Counted from the first letter of the stretch, positions 1-10,369 are shown. The stretch: 64,000 nucleotides of DNA from Omnitrophica bacterium GWA2_41_15 (GCA_919902675.1 CAKKRH010000010.1:38614-102613); one strand, 5' to 3'. Numbers and translations are program-made. Notes: generated from the letters alone by a model not told the origin.

Positions 1-1780
1 GCGAAAGCCACCTCTCATTCATTTCTTTACCCAGGGCACACGTAACCAAGACAGTCGCAAAGGCAACAAAAACATTGAGCAGGCTTCTTTCTTCATCTCT
101 TAAACATTCATCAATGGCTTTACTCTTAGTCAATGCCCCTAACGCATAAAAACAGAGCGCGGCAAAAACAAATATCACGCTCACATGGTGTATCTCTATC
201 CCAAAGGCCGAATAGTGCCTATTACTGAAGAAATCAACCCAAAAAAGCCTTATACCTATCAGGATACTCAGTCCCCACGCCAGCACGCGATAGATAAATT
301 CACGGTAGTAGATACCGATGGCAAAAAGCAAGCACAGTTCCACCAGCCAGAAGAAACTTATGCTCAAACGCGGGAATTTTAGCATTATCGCCATCGCGAT
401 AAGAGAAAAACTAATGCTGGTATTGATTACCGTCAATCTTGATTTTTTAAGTATCGTGTAAAAATACCCAAACAGGAAGTAGATACAGCTTAACCCTATC
501 AGGAACCAAAAACACAAGTCTTTGCTTGCGATAAGGTGTATCTTAAGATGCGGGCTGATATATCCTATCTCATGTAAGCCTAAAATAACAAAGAATGCCG
601 CGTTACATAATGCCCCGGTAGTTACCGCGCGCACATGCTTTTCATCGGCTATTCTTAACAAAAACAGCGCTGCTGAAAAAAGAATCCAACTTACCGATAA
701 AATGCCGAAGCTTAAGAAAAAACGGTAGAGCGTTACGCTAAACTCTTGTGAAGCTAAAGGAGCGCTCTCTATCTGGGGATAAAGCCAGTACATATAAATA
801 AGGTAGACCCCTGCCATCCCGTAAAGCAAAAAAGTATGCCATTCCAGCTTATAGGAAAGATACACGATACTCCCCGTAAGAAACGCACAATAAATAACTG
901 TGGAGTATTCTATTCCGCCTAAACCCGCGGTGATAAAGGCAAGCAAATAGGTAATGGCGGTAACTACCCAGGAACGGTATTTTAAATTATAAATAACCGC
1001 GCAAAAGCTTACTATCCCTAAGAGCATTAATGCGAAAGCCTGACTTTCGATTATTCTCACCTGCTCTATATAATGCAAGGCATAGGTAGAAACATATAAA
1101 AGCGCCCAGGCGCCTCCTAAAATACCCCAGGCTATACGAAGATACTTTTCCCTTTTTTCTAAGGCGCTGCCCCAGACAAAAAATCCTAAAGAAGCTACAT
1201 ATCCCAGCCCTATTTTTGCCAGAGGGCTTAAGTATTTAAAACTATAGCTTATAAAAAAGACCACTCCAAGGACAAACAATATCACCCCCGCCCTTGAGAG
1301 CCAATATTTTCCAAAGGTAAACTCAAAACTCCATTCCTGCTCTTGTTTTTTCTGAAGCAAAGCAGTTACTTCCTCATACTCATGAGAAACCACCTCCTGA
1401 GAAATCACTTTTTCCTTCTCGCTTTGAGTCTCCGCCGCTTTCTCCTCAACGTATCCTGCGGGCTTTTCATGAACTTGTGAGCCTTGAGGGATTTCTTTTC
1501 CTAAAGATTTATTGAGATAAGCTTCTAACGCCGAAACCTTCACCTGAAGCCCAAAAAGCGTACTCTTTATATCTAATAACCGGCCTTCAGCATCATGCAA
1601 TGAGGCTATGCCATCGGAATGTTTTGAAATAGGGATATAAGGCGGGACCAACAACGCAATAAGAAGCGCTACCGGGCCAAGAAAAAGAGAAAGGAAGGTA
1701 AATCCTACGACACTAAGATTCTTTTTACTGGCAACAACCGCGCTGGCGATAATACAACCGATCCAGATCAAAAAAAACAT
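1..1780 (-). CDS. DUF2339-like predicted membrane protein (runs off the window start)
   Basis: Not in the ORF track. ATG at 1780 with a GGAGGAG RBS. Translation includes FEFTFGKYWLSRAGVILFVLGVVFFISYSF followed by many TM helices. Confidence 0.7.
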   Translation of the reverse strand, partial: MFFLIWIGCIIASAVVASKKNLSVVGFTFLSLFLGPVALLIALLVPPYIPISKHSDGIASLHDAEGRLLDIKSTLFGLQVKVSALEAYLNKSLGKEIPQGSQVHEKPAGYVEEKAAETQSEKEKVISQEVVSHEYEEVTALLQKKQEQEWSFEFTFGKYWLSRAGVILFVLGVVFFISYSFKYLSPLAKIGLGYVASLGFFVWGSALEKREKYLRIAWGILGGAWALLYVSTYALHYIEQVRIIESQAFALMLLGIVSFCAVIYNLKYRSWVVTAITYLLAFITAGLGGIEYSTVIYCAFLTGSIVYLSYKLEWHTFLLYGMAGVYLIYMYWLYPQIESAPLASQEFSVTLYRFFLSFGILSVSWILFSAALFLLRIADEKHVRAVTTGALCNAAFFVILGLHEIGYISPHLKIHLIASKDLCFWFLIGLSCIYFLFGYFYTILKKSRLTVINTSISFSLIAMAIMLKFPRLSISFFWLVELCLLFAIGIYYREFIYRVLAWGLSILIGIRLFWVDFFSNRHYSAFGIEIHHVSVIFVFAALCFYALGALTKSKAIDECLRDEERSLLNVFVAFATVLVTCALGKEMNERWLS

Positions 1781-1791
1781 TTTTCTCCTCC

Positions 1792-2541
1792 TTAATGACG
1801 GCGCAACGTCTGGATAAACCAGTCTTTTATTAATCCTATAACTTCTTGCGCGTTTTTTCGCATAAGATATTCAGCGTGAGTGCCGTTTTTTATAATTGCT
1901 ACCTTCTTCTTTGCGGCGGTTTTTTCATAAAGCTTTTTTGAGTGATTGCACCCTACCACCCAGTCTTTATCGCCGTGAATATATAAAACAGGAACGGTTA
2001 TCTTATCAACCGCCTCAATCGGTTTTTGCTTCTTAAGCCAGAATGGCCCGGGGCGGATTCCTTTGCCTTTTCCTCCTTCGCCAAGGTTATAAAATATATC
2101 TTCTTCCGGGTTAAGCTTCCAGAAATGATACTCTATCTTATCAAAATCACTAGGCGCGCTTACCGCGACAAAACTATCCACACCTTGAGTCACCGGCAGG
2201 ACATTAATACTGATTGCAGCACCCAATGAAAACCCAATCAAGCCTATTATTTCATATCGGGCCTTGGCATGCTCTATTACTGCTTTTAAATCATGCGACT
2301 CATAGGTAGTCCAGCTAAAAAGCCCTGAGCTCCTGCCGTGGCCGCGGAAATCAAACATAATTATATCATAGCTATCGCTTAAGCCATCTTTTAGTTTCTT
2401 TAATAACACGGATTCCTTGCTGGTAAAAAACCCATGAGCAATAATCACCACCGATTTATGGCCGTATTCATAATGGCCATAAGATATCTTTTGCTTATCC
2501 GATGTTAATAAGATGGCTGATAATATCGCCTGGGTCAACAC
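1792..2541 (-). CDS. alpha/beta hydrolase
   Basis: AHGF oxyanion motif, DFRGHG, GFSLG nucleophile elbow, HGDKD, C-terminal His. Confidence 0.85.
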   Translation of the reverse strand: MLTQAILSAILLTSDKQKISYGHYEYGHKSVVIIAHGFFTSKESVLLKKLKDGLSDSYDIIMFDFRGHGRSSGLFSWTTYESHDLKAVIEHAKARYEIIGLIGFSLGAAISINVLPVTQGVDSFVAVSAPSDFDKIEYHFWKLNPEEDIFYNLGEGGKGKGIRPGPFWLKKQKPIEAVDKITVPVLYIHGDKDWVVGCNHSKKLYEKTAAKKKVAIIKNGTHAEYLMRKNAQEVIGLIKDWFIQTLRRH

Positions 2542-4348
2542 GCAGATACCCCTCTCTTTCTAACTCCAATTTTATCTTGCCGATATCCTGCATCACTTCT
2601 TTTACCAATTCATCAGATACAGGATGCTCTTTAATTTCAACTGGTGCCCCAAACCTTACCTCTATGGGAAACCGCCGGGGATATTTCTTAGGCGCAGGCC
2701 ACGCCTCGTAGGCGCCTTCAATGGCAAAAGGGATAATATCCGCCTGCGCCAATTTCGCGATTAAGGCAACCCCCGCCTTGCCTTCGGTAAGCCTGCCGTC
2801 CTGGGTAATTTTCCCTTCCGGAAATATTCCTATAGAGTGGCCGGAGTGTATAATTTCCACTGCCTGACAGATAGACTCTTTGTTAAAACCCCCGCGCTTT
2901 ATCGGGATATACCCTAATTTCTTAGCGCACCGGCCTAAAAATGCTTCTTTAAACAATGAATCCGCGGCCAAAAAATAAACCCTGTGAGGATACGCGCACA
3001 TGAGCGCGATGCCGTCAATAAGGCTGGCATGGTTACCAGCAAAAACAATCTTCCTTTTAGCCCGGATATGTTCTAACCCTGAAACCTTAAAATTAAACAG
3101 AATCCGCATTACCAAACATAAAAACATGCGAAACAGTTGATACCCCCAGAGTTTATCGGAAAGAAAAATAACTAGCGCGCTCACAATTCCTGCGGTGCCG
3201 ATTAACCCAAAAAGAAAAATACTTGAAGTAACCTTAAGCAAGAAACCCACTAAAAGCAGGCAGGCTAGAAAAACCGCGTTAGAAACTATCCCGCTTGCCG
3301 AGAAAATCTTACCCTTTAATTCATCCGGTATTATCCTTTGTAAAACAGTATCCATGGCAATGGTAAGCATGCTCGCGCCAATACCTGCGCAAAATAGGAT
3401 TACCGCTACCGCGTAAAAATCAGGCTTACCAATAAAGGCAAGGCAAAAAACTCCCACAATAAGATATGAAAGATACAGCGCGCGTTTATATTTTATTTTA
3501 TCCTTTCTTTTTATCAAAATTAAAGATCCTGCCACCATCCCTAAGCCGGCTGACGATAAAAGCATGCCTGTGCCTAAAGAATTCTGCTTTAAAGTATTCG
3601 CGCTATAATTGAGAATCAGGATATAGGCAAAGCTGCTGATAAAGGCAAATACCGCGCTTAAGGCTATGAGCTGCTTTACAATGCTATGGCGCCAAATATA
3701 TTTCATGCCTATTTTAATATCCTTAATAAGCGCTTTATTGGTATTCTCTTCATTTTTACCCACGGGAGGCTTGTAATAGGAAATACTCAGGATAAAAAAT
3801 GCCGATAGAATGTAGGTAAGAGAATTGATATAGAAGCCTGCTTTTATCCCGCTTATTTTTATTACTATACCGGCAAGCAATGTCCCGATAAGGGTGGCAA
3901 CAGTGCCTGTCGTAACAATGAGCGAATTCGCCTCAAGGTAATCATCCTTAGCGGTGATATTGGCGATTATGCTCATCTTCGCCGGGGAAAATAGCGCGGA
4001 GAGCGTCCCTAAGACAAAAACCAATGTTATCATTAAAGCTATAGACTGCGCGTATCCCCAGGCAATAGGTATCAACACCACTATTCCCGCCCTCGCCATG
4101 TCAGCGAAAATCATAATCTTCTTTCGGTTATACCGGTCAGCCGCCGCGCCAAAGAGCGGGCCGAACAATAAAAACGGCAGGAGGCTAAAAAAGGTAATGA
4201 GCGCCATTTTACTTCCATCATCTTTAGAAAGCACCATCACAAAGGTCAGGATACCCATCTGAGTAAGCCTATCCCCTAATGCAGAGATAAGCTGGCCTGT
4301 CCAGAGCGCGCGGAAACTCCTGTTTCCCTTTAAAAGCCTGAATTTCAT
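2495..4348 (-). CDS. MFS transporter fused to a PlsC-type acyltransferase (LplT/Aas-like)
   Basis: About 12 TM helices with GAAADRYNRKK (MFS motif A); C-terminal NHASLID (HX4D) and FPEG. Confidence 0.85.
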   Translation of the reverse strand: MKFRLLKGNRSFRALWTGQLISALGDRLTQMGILTFVMVLSKDDGSKMALITFFSLLPFLLFGPLFGAAADRYNRKKIMIFADMARAGIVVLIPIAWGYAQSIALMITLVFVLGTLSALFSPAKMSIIANITAKDDYLEANSLIVTTGTVATLIGTLLAGIVIKISGIKAGFYINSLTYILSAFFILSISYYKPPVGKNEENTNKALIKDIKIGMKYIWRHSIVKQLIALSAVFAFISSFAYILILNYSANTLKQNSLGTGMLLSSAGLGMVAGSLILIKRKDKIKYKRALYLSYLIVGVFCLAFIGKPDFYAVAVILFCAGIGASMLTIAMDTVLQRIIPDELKGKIFSASGIVSNAVFLACLLLVGFLLKVTSSIFLFGLIGTAGIVSALVIFLSDKLWGYQLFRMFLCLVMRILFNFKVSGLEHIRAKRKIVFAGNHASLIDGIALMCAYPHRVYFLAADSLFKEAFLGRCAKKLGYIPIKRGGFNKESICQAVEIIHSGHSIGIFPEGKITQDGRLTEGKAGVALIAKLAQADIIPFAIEGAYEAWPAPKKYPRRFPIEVRFGAPVEIKEHPVSDELVKEVMQDIGKIKLELEREGYLRVDPGDIISHLINIG

Positions 4349-4351
4349 ATT

Positions 4352-4831
4352 TTACCTGGAAGGTTTTTCTAAGCGCACAAACCAATTGATCAATAGATCT
4401 GATAGCCCGCGTAAATCCTCATGCGGTACGTGAGCGGCTATTTCGGCTAATTTTTTATGATATCCAGGCCAAACCCTATCCAAAATCCCTGAGCCTTTCT
4501 GGGTAATTTTTATCAAATTCACCCTTCTGTCGCCTTCCTGGGCAAAACGCTCAATCAGGCCTTCCTGATGCAGCCTGTCTAAAAGCCGGGTCATATTTGA
4601 AGCGGTAACAATTAAATGCCTTCCTATATCTGCCTGGCTTAGGCCTTTCTTTCCCCCCTTATGCTTGAGCACCATAAGGGCGTTAAACTTGGCGGGGCTC
4701 ATAGCAAAGGGGCGCAAATAATCAGAAATCAGCTTTTCAATAGTAAGATACACGGAAGCAACTCCATAAATTGCCCCCTCAGTTAAATTATCCTTTCCTA
4801 TCTCTATCCCAAAACGCTCAAATGGCTGCAT
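4352..4831 (-). CDS. MarR family regulator
   Basis: LSQADIG...NMTRLLDRL...DRRVNLIKIT winged HTH. Confidence 0.9.
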   Translation of the reverse strand: MQPFERFGIEIGKDNLTEGAIYGVASVYLTIEKLISDYLRPFAMSPAKFNALMVLKHKGGKKGLSQADIGRHLIVTASNMTRLLDRLHQEGLIERFAQEGDRRVNLIKITQKGSGILDRVWPGYHKKLAEIAAHVPHEDLRGLSDLLINWFVRLEKPSR

Positions 4832-4859
4832 ACTTTTTCCTTTCTCTAATTATAGATAT

Positions 4860-4892
4860 AGTTTACCATACAATAGTTGACTTGTCAAGTAT
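4860..4892 (-). promoter_or_regulatory. sigma70-like promoter with overlapping palindrome (putative MarR operator)
   Basis: TTGACA (4888-4883), 17 bp, TAAACT (4865-4860); near-palindrome ATAGTTGAC-TT-GTCAAGTAT at 4873-4892. Confidence 0.6.
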
Positions 4893-4947
4893 ATAGGTAA
4901 AAAAATTAATTAATCCTTAAAACGATTAATTAACTCAAACGGTTAAA

Positions 4948-5487
4948 TTAAGGCAATATCTTGCGTATCTCTAAATATCCGTAGAGAAGCGGGGAATCCC
5001 CGGATTGAAGGCTTAGTTCAAATTTATCGATGGTCAAAAGCTCCTTTGACTCCTGAAGCCGATAGATAAAGTCAGCGGCTTCTTTTGCTTCAGCCTCAAG
5101 CCTCAATTCCACGGCAAATTCGCTGTAATGCTCCATTTGCTGGATAGCCCGGGGCTTGATGTCATTAATGTTAACGCCGGATTCGTTACCCAGGCGCTCA
5201 AGCATAGCAAGAACGCGGGAAACCTGCTGCTGTTTAGGCAAGCCCTCCTCATCTTTTAAAATCGGGGCCAGATCCTGGAAATTCTTTTCGATAGCACTCT
5301 TCCTTGTCGTTAAGAGCCTAGCCTTAATAAGCTTATTCTTTAAGCTGGTAACTTTCTTATCTAAGGCATCGATATTCCCGAAATAAGGGGTCAGGATTAT
5401 GTCAAAGAAAAGCTTCAGAACGACAATCAAGGCTGTAAAAACGAATATTGCCTTTTCTCTCTTATTTAAATTGCCTATATTAATCAT
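4948..5487 (-). CDS. PilO/GspM-like assembly protein
   Basis: Short N-terminus (LNKREK), TM helix, coiled coil, ferredoxin-like C-terminus; last gene of the gsp cluster. Confidence 0.7.
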   Translation of the reverse strand: MINIGNLNKREKAIFVFTALIVVLKLFFDIILTPYFGNIDALDKKVTSLKNKLIKARLLTTRKSAIEKNFQDLAPILKDEEGLPKQQQVSRVLAMLERLGNESGVNINDIKPRAIQQMEHYSEFAVELRLEAEAKEAADFIYRLQESKELLTIDKFELSLQSGDSPLLYGYLEIRKILP

Positions 5488-5489
5488 AT

Positions 5490-6911
5490 CTATCCTTCCG
5501 GCTGGCAGGTGATATCAAAATCCGCCAATGACTCTCCCTGAACCCTGCGCTCAAAAGAATGCCTTAGCTGGACATCTTTAAAAACCGGGGATTCCTCCAA
5601 AGCGCTTACGAAATTGAATACCCCGGAAAGGCTCTTGGCGCGCCCTTTCAAAATCAAGGATTTATTAAGGGTATAGCTGAATGAAATCAGGCTTATCTCT
5701 TCCTGGGCAACCCGGAAAACCTCGGTAAAAACATCCAGACAGGAACCGGAACGGTTATCCTGGCTTCTTACATACGTAATCTTTCTGGCCATCTTTTCAA
5801 TCCGTCCCACATCTTCGGATAAACGGCTCAGCTCTTCACCTAGCCTAATAGCCGAGCTCTGCCTAAGGCTGATATTCATAAACATAGCCGAGGCTATGGC
5901 AAAAATAATCAAAACGATAAAAACCGCGGTTTTTCTTATTTCAAGCTTATATGCCGCCTTACCCCTTTTGGCCAGTAAATCTTCCGGAAGGAGGTTAAAT
6001 AAAGGTTTTTTCTGCGAGCAGACAGCGCCGATAAGGCTAGTGAAAGAAATTCTCTTAAAATTCTCAAGCTTAATCTGGCTTGAATTTTTTAGTTGTATCG
6101 CTTTATCCTGGGGGTATTTTACGCTCTTAAAAGGCAGACTATTCAACAAATCGTCATCGATGCGCTCCAGGTATTCGCTTGAGCCGGTAAAAACCGCCTC
6201 AGCTGGCTTCACCATAGAGGTTTCATTCTGATAAGCAAAAAGGCTTCTGTTGATTTCTTCGCTTAGGCGCATCCTGTAATCGGGAGAACCCAGGCTCACC
6301 GGAAAGGCCCGGGAATAAATAAACATTCCCGACAATACTATGTCCAGCCTGGCGTGCTCTGTGTCCAGGTCAACCACGATAACCCCTGTGTCGGCTTTAA
6401 ATTCTTGTTGCAGTTGGAGCCAGCGGCATATGCCCTGAGAGTCAATAACCACTTCATCTGGCTCTATCTTATTCTTTTCCAGCGCCGCGATATACCTCCT
6501 GACAATATCCTGATGTATGATGATCAAAACAATATCGGAATACCCATCAGGATTAACCCTGACAACCTGATAGCCGAAAATGATTTCTTTGGAATCATAC
6601 GGAATCTGCTTGGGCGCCTGAAGACGAGCCATCTGAAAAAGTTCTTCAGGATTGGTGGAAGGAAACCTCGCGTAATGCATGGCAGCCATCTGCCTGGGGA
6701 TCATCAGAATAAGCCTGCCCGGATCTTTTTGCTTCAGAGAGCTAAATAATGATTTTATGCCTCGAGCCAGCTCTTCATCGCTTTTTCCTGCGAGAGACAG
6801 AGCCTGAACCGCGGAAATCTCCGGAACGAGGCGCCCAGGACAAGACTGGACCAGCTTAATCACCTTATCAGTAATGCTCAGGCAAGTTATTATCCTAGAT
6901 TTATTCTTCAT
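5490..6911 (-). CDS. GspL-like (PilM-PilN fusion) protein
   Basis: Actin-like N-terminal domain, FNLLP motif, TM helix, PilN-like C-terminus. Confidence 0.75.
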   Translation of the reverse strand: MKNKSRIITCLSITDKVIKLVQSCPGRLVPEISAVQALSLAGKSDEELARGIKSLFSSLKQKDPGRLILMIPRQMAAMHYARFPSTNPEELFQMARLQAPKQIPYDSKEIIFGYQVVRVNPDGYSDIVLIIIHQDIVRRYIAALEKNKIEPDEVVIDSQGICRWLQLQQEFKADTGVIVVDLDTEHARLDIVLSGMFIYSRAFPVSLGSPDYRMRLSEEINRSLFAYQNETSMVKPAEAVFTGSSEYLERIDDDLLNSLPFKSVKYPQDKAIQLKNSSQIKLENFKRISFTSLIGAVCSQKKPLFNLLPEDLLAKRGKAAYKLEIRKTAVFIVLIIFAIASAMFMNISLRQSSAIRLGEELSRLSEDVGRIEKMARKITYVRSQDNRSGSCLDVFTEVFRVAQEEISLISFSYTLNKSLILKGRAKSLSGVFNFVSALEESPVFKDVQLRHSFERRVQGESLADFDITCQPEG

Positions 6912-7959
6912 ACCAATACTCGTATTTAACTGGCTCGTTCGGTTCTATCTTCACTACCGCCTGAATCCCGCTCTTTGCGTTATTTACCGTTCCAAAAGAA
7001 CTCACCCGGTAAAAATAACTCTTAACCGCGGCCCTAGTACTGATAAGGTTGGCTATAACATTCAAGTCATCGCTGGAAAGCATCCTATTTTTAAATATTT
7101 CGGCCTGCTTGGATTGCAAATCCTGCGCGTCCAGAATCACGGTATCATCACTCGTCGCCGCCTCCATATCATAGCCACAGCGGTAATCAATAATATCCTG
7201 AGCGGATTCTTCGCTTAAGCCCATGGCGGTTAAAACCTCATTAGGGGCGGTATTTATGTTAACCTTACCATCGCCGTAAATCGTGATGTAATTGGCCAGC
7301 TTATTGAAAATATCCGAATCGAATCCGTCAATCATCAACAACTCCTCGATCCTGTTCAAAGATTTATTTTTGGCCGTAGCGCCTTTGTCAGAATAGTCCT
7401 CCTTGCCGTATTCTCTCTTATCGTCGTCGTAATCCACCCAATCGATGAATCTATCGATTAATTCCTGAGCCTCCTGCTCATCGTAATCCAGGATATCCTC
7501 GACAATCCTAAGGAATTCTGAGCGCAAATCATCATTCACGCTACTTTCGGAAACAATCATATTTATATTTATCTTGGACTGCTCATCCTGCATCCCATAG
7601 AGCTCTTTCGGCTCTTTATCCTTAGACTCATAGTAAAGATATTGTATCTTAAATTCACCGTTTCCTAAAGCAAAATCCTTAAATTCAGGACTAAGATCCT
7701 CCTTAAGCTTGTTACTCCAGTCCTCATTAAGGCTGTCATATTCCTCATTCTCATCATCAGCCTTTAGCGCGCATACGCGCTCCAATCCGGACTTGGCGAT
7801 ATAAAAAGCCTGAGAGCGGTCCAGATGATAGCGCAAAATCCTGGCCTCAAGCGACGCGCGCCTCCCGATGCTCAGAGCCAAAAGCACCAGGATTATCACA
7901 ATCCATACGCAGACAACCAGAACTGAGCCCCTTACGCCTTCAATCTGTCTTCCAATCAT
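6901..7959 (-). CDS. gspK: type II secretion minor pseudopilin K
   Basis: RG|SVLV N-terminus, DEQSKININ, DWVDYDD, VNINTAP. Confidence 0.85.
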   Translation of the reverse strand: MIGRQIEGVRGSVLVVCVWIVIILVLLALSIGRRASLEARILRYHLDRSQAFYIAKSGLERVCALKADDENEEYDSLNEDWSNKLKEDLSPEFKDFALGNGEFKIQYLYYESKDKEPKELYGMQDEQSKININMIVSESSVNDDLRSEFLRIVEDILDYDEQEAQELIDRFIDWVDYDDDKREYGKEDYSDKGATAKNKSLNRIEELLMIDGFDSDIFNKLANYITIYGDGKVNINTAPNEVLTAMGLSEESAQDIIDYRCGYDMEAATSDDTVILDAQDLQSKQAEIFKNRMLSSDDLNVIANLISTRAAVKSYFYRVSSFGTVNNAKSGIQAVVKIEPNEPVKYEYWYEE

Positions 7960-7995
7960 TGTCCCTCTCGGAAACGGCGGCGGATACTATAAAAA

Positions 7996-8730
7996 CTACT
8001 CCTCCGGTGGATAAGACCCATTCAAAACAACGCTCTTGGCGCAAACAATGTCTTTTGAGCCATCCACCTTCTGCGTCAGGCTCAGGCGCACCGCCTGAGG
8101 CAATGAGGAGACATCCTCAAAGCTGTCTTTCCAGCTCAGCTGGTCAGCCTGAGAAGATTTCTCAGGCTGAGCCGAATAGGAAAATCCGGCAACCGAGATA
8201 TTAGACAATAACACCTCATATTCCGGGCTCAATGATTGATTAAGTATATCCTCATCTTTTAGATAAGCCCTCAAAAGATTAGCGCCTTCTATCTTATAAA
8301 AAACCTTAGCCGGACAGACGTAGGCCTCCCCATCGTCATTCCTTAAAACAGTCAAAGAGGCAAAAGACATTTCCTTGGAACTTCCGCTGAAGGTGATAGA
8401 ATAATCATCCGAGGCGCCAAAAATAAACGAATTCCTTAAGTCCCTGGCAAAGGCGCTTAAACTGCCGCGCAAATCCTGATAAACCTGAGATTGGGAATTC
8501 AACCGGAGGTAGCTTAACCAGCCTACGCGCAAAGAAGAATAAGCTGAAATCAAAACAATCATCCCGACCCCTATCGCCAATAAGGCCTCTATCAGGGTAA
8601 ACCCCGTTAGAGGCGTCATATTGCTTACCGACCTTCCTGCTGCCTCTAACGGGGCAGGCCCCTGAATTGTGACTTGTGGTTTGTGATTTGTGATTTCAGA
8701 ATTAATGCTCATATGAAAAACTCGATTCAT
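7996..8730 (-). CDS. gspJ: minor pseudopilin (GspJ-like); start uncertain
   Basis: G|FTLIE prepilin motif; lies between gspI and gspK. Confidence 0.7.
   Translation of the reverse strand: MNRVFHMSINSEITNHKPQVTIQGPAPLEAAGRSVSNMTPLTGFTLIEALLAIGVGMIVLISAYSSLRVGWLSYLRLNSQSQVYQDLRGSLSAFARDLRNSFIFGASDDYSITFSGSSKEMSFASLTVLRNDDGEAYVCPAKVFYKIEGANLLRAYLKDEDILNQSLSPEYEVLLSNISVAGFSYSAQPEKSSQADQLSWKDSFEDVSSLPQAVRLSLTQKVDGSKDIVCAKSVVLNGSYPPEE
8602..8654. repeat. palindromic mini-element in the gspJ leader
   Basis: 13-bp perfect inverted repeat CCCCGTTAGAGGC (8602-8614) / GCCTCTAACGGGG (8642-8654). Confidence 0.75.
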
Positions 8731-8745
8731 CCCCTGCGCGATAGA

Positions 8746-9114
8746 TCATTTCTTAACCGCGAAATAGCCGGACATACTCACCACTCCCGACCTTCTACCG
8801 TCTTTCCATTGAACGTCTAAATCCGCCTGGTTTAGTTTTAAATCCGAAAGCCGATAAACATCCATGCGGTAAGAAAAATCCGTGTTCTCAGAGAATTTTC
8901 CTTCTTTAATTATATCACTTTCCTTGGCTATAGTTTCCAAATCAAAGAATTTCTCTTCGGCCAGGATTAAAGCCGCGGTGTAATTGGCGAACTGCTGCAT
9001 CGTGTTCAAGCAGTTCATAAACGCCCGGGAAAGGTAAACAACGCTAAAACCCAAAAGGATTACCGCGGTCAAAACCTCAATCAAAAGAAAGCCCTTGCTC
9101 TTCTTTTTCATCAT
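8746..9114 (-). CDS. gspI: minor pseudopilin (GspI-like)
   Basis: KG|FLLIE prepilin motif, 122 aa, gene position. Confidence 0.7.
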   Translation of the reverse strand: MMKKKSKGFLLIEVLTAVILLGFSVVYLSRAFMNCLNTMQQFANYTAALILAEEKFFDLETIAKESDIIKEGKFSENTDFSYRMDVYRLSDLKLNQADLDVQWKDGRRSGVVSMSGYFAVKK

Positions 9115-9610
9115 CGATTATTTTAACCTTATTCCGCTTAACGGAAATAACCAGCTTTTTCTTATTCGGATTAATCATTGCGATTTCCGCGCTGCTAAAC
9201 GAACCGTCGGGGTAAAAATAAATAATATTGCCCTGGCTTTCTATTTCGACATCATCGCTTACGGAAGAACCACCGTATTTACCCTTGACTCGGGCATACT
9301 CGCCGCTTTCGACATCTTTTTTTTCCAGCCAATATTCTTTTTCTTTCGCGTCTAAGACGAACTTCATCGGCACGCCCTCGACAATGGAACGCTCGCGGAT
9401 ATAACGCATATAACCGGCTATGTCTTCGGCGCAAAGGTCAAGTTCAAGGCCGTAAAATGTCTTACGGAACAAAGGCGCGGACAAGCCTAAGGTAATGGAA
9501 ATAATGAGGACAACCAACAAAAGCTCAATCAGGGTAAAACCCGTCAGAGGCTTGCCTGCCGGTCTCCCCGCGGACCCTGACGAGGCAGACCAATTTCTGT
9601 CTGATACCAT
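9077..9610 (-). CDS. gspH: minor pseudopilin (GspH/FimT-like)
   Basis: G|FTLIE and FYPDG motif. Confidence 0.75.
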   Translation of the reverse strand: MVSDRNWSASSGSAGRPAGKPLTGFTLIELLLVVLIISITLGLSAPLFRKTFYGLELDLCAEDIAGYMRYIRERSIVEGVPMKFVLDAKEKEYWLEKKDVESGEYARVKGKYGGSSVSDDVEIESQGNIIYFYPDGSFSSAEIAMINPNKKKLVISVKRNKVKIIDDEKEEQGLSFD

Positions 9611-9617
9611 ATATCAA

Positions 9618-10067
9618 TCACTTCCAGTTGGTGACATCATCCTCAGTTCCTTCTATACCGTCTTTGCTTTTAGAGGAAAGATCATAGCTGTCGGTATTAT
9701 GCTCTCCGGGAGATTTATACACATAGTAATTATCCCAGGGGTCCTTGGCCTCCTTTTTTATATACGGGCCGTTCCAGTTCTTCGGCACGGGGTCTCCCGT
9801 AGGTTTAGCGCGCAAGGCGGCCAAACCCTGCTCAGTGGTAGGGAATTTGCCGTTATCTATCTCATACATTTCAAGGGCTGAGGATATGTTGGCCTCAATA
9901 TCGGCCTGAGCAACTGATTTTTTTGCCTGCTCCGACTTTCCCACCAATTTCGGCATAACCATGCTGGCTAAGATGCCTATGATAACCACCACCAGCATCA
10001 GCTCAATCAAGGTAAAACCTTGCTCCGTTATTTGTGATTTGTGATTTGTGATTTGTGATACCGTCAT
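9618..10067 (-). CDS. gspG: type II secretion major pseudopilin G
   Basis: G|FTLIELM, PTTEQGLAAL, WNGPY, DPWDNYY. Confidence 0.95.
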   Translation of the reverse strand: MTVSQITNHKSQITEQGFTLIELMLVVVIIGILASMVMPKLVGKSEQAKKSVAQADIEANISSALEMYEIDNGKFPTTEQGLAALRAKPTGDPVPKNWNGPYIKKEAKDPWDNYYVYKSPGEHNTDSYDLSSKSKDGIEGTEDDVTNWK

Positions 10068-10153
10068 CCTATCCTCCTTCTGATATTACGCCTTTTCGCT
10101 TTTGTTTTTAAGTTGTCCTTTATCGTTACTACACTGTAAAATAAATTTTTGAT

Positions 10154-10334
10154 AATAGAACAATAGAAAATAGACCGCAATTGAGCTTTTTTCTTGTCTA
10201 TTGTTCTATTGTCGATTGCTCAATTGCTCTAGTACATTGTTACAAAAGTTTTTGAACAATTGAACAATAGAAAATAGACCGCAATTGAGCTTTTGTTTGT
10301 CTATTGTTCTATTACTCTATTGCTCAATTGCTCT
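10154..10334. repeat. tandemly duplicated inverted octamer array
   Basis: Two copies of about 80 bp (about 10154-10230 and 10256-10334), built from CAATAGAA-like units followed by reverse-complement units (TTCTATTG/CTCAATTG). Confidence 0.8.
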
Positions 10335-10369
10335 GCGCGCTGTCTATTAAAAACTTTTCTGACAGCGCG

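Noticed and set aside
10154-10334. Possible CRISPR array
   Set aside because: Only two copies made of short internal units, with no unique spacers and no cas genes.
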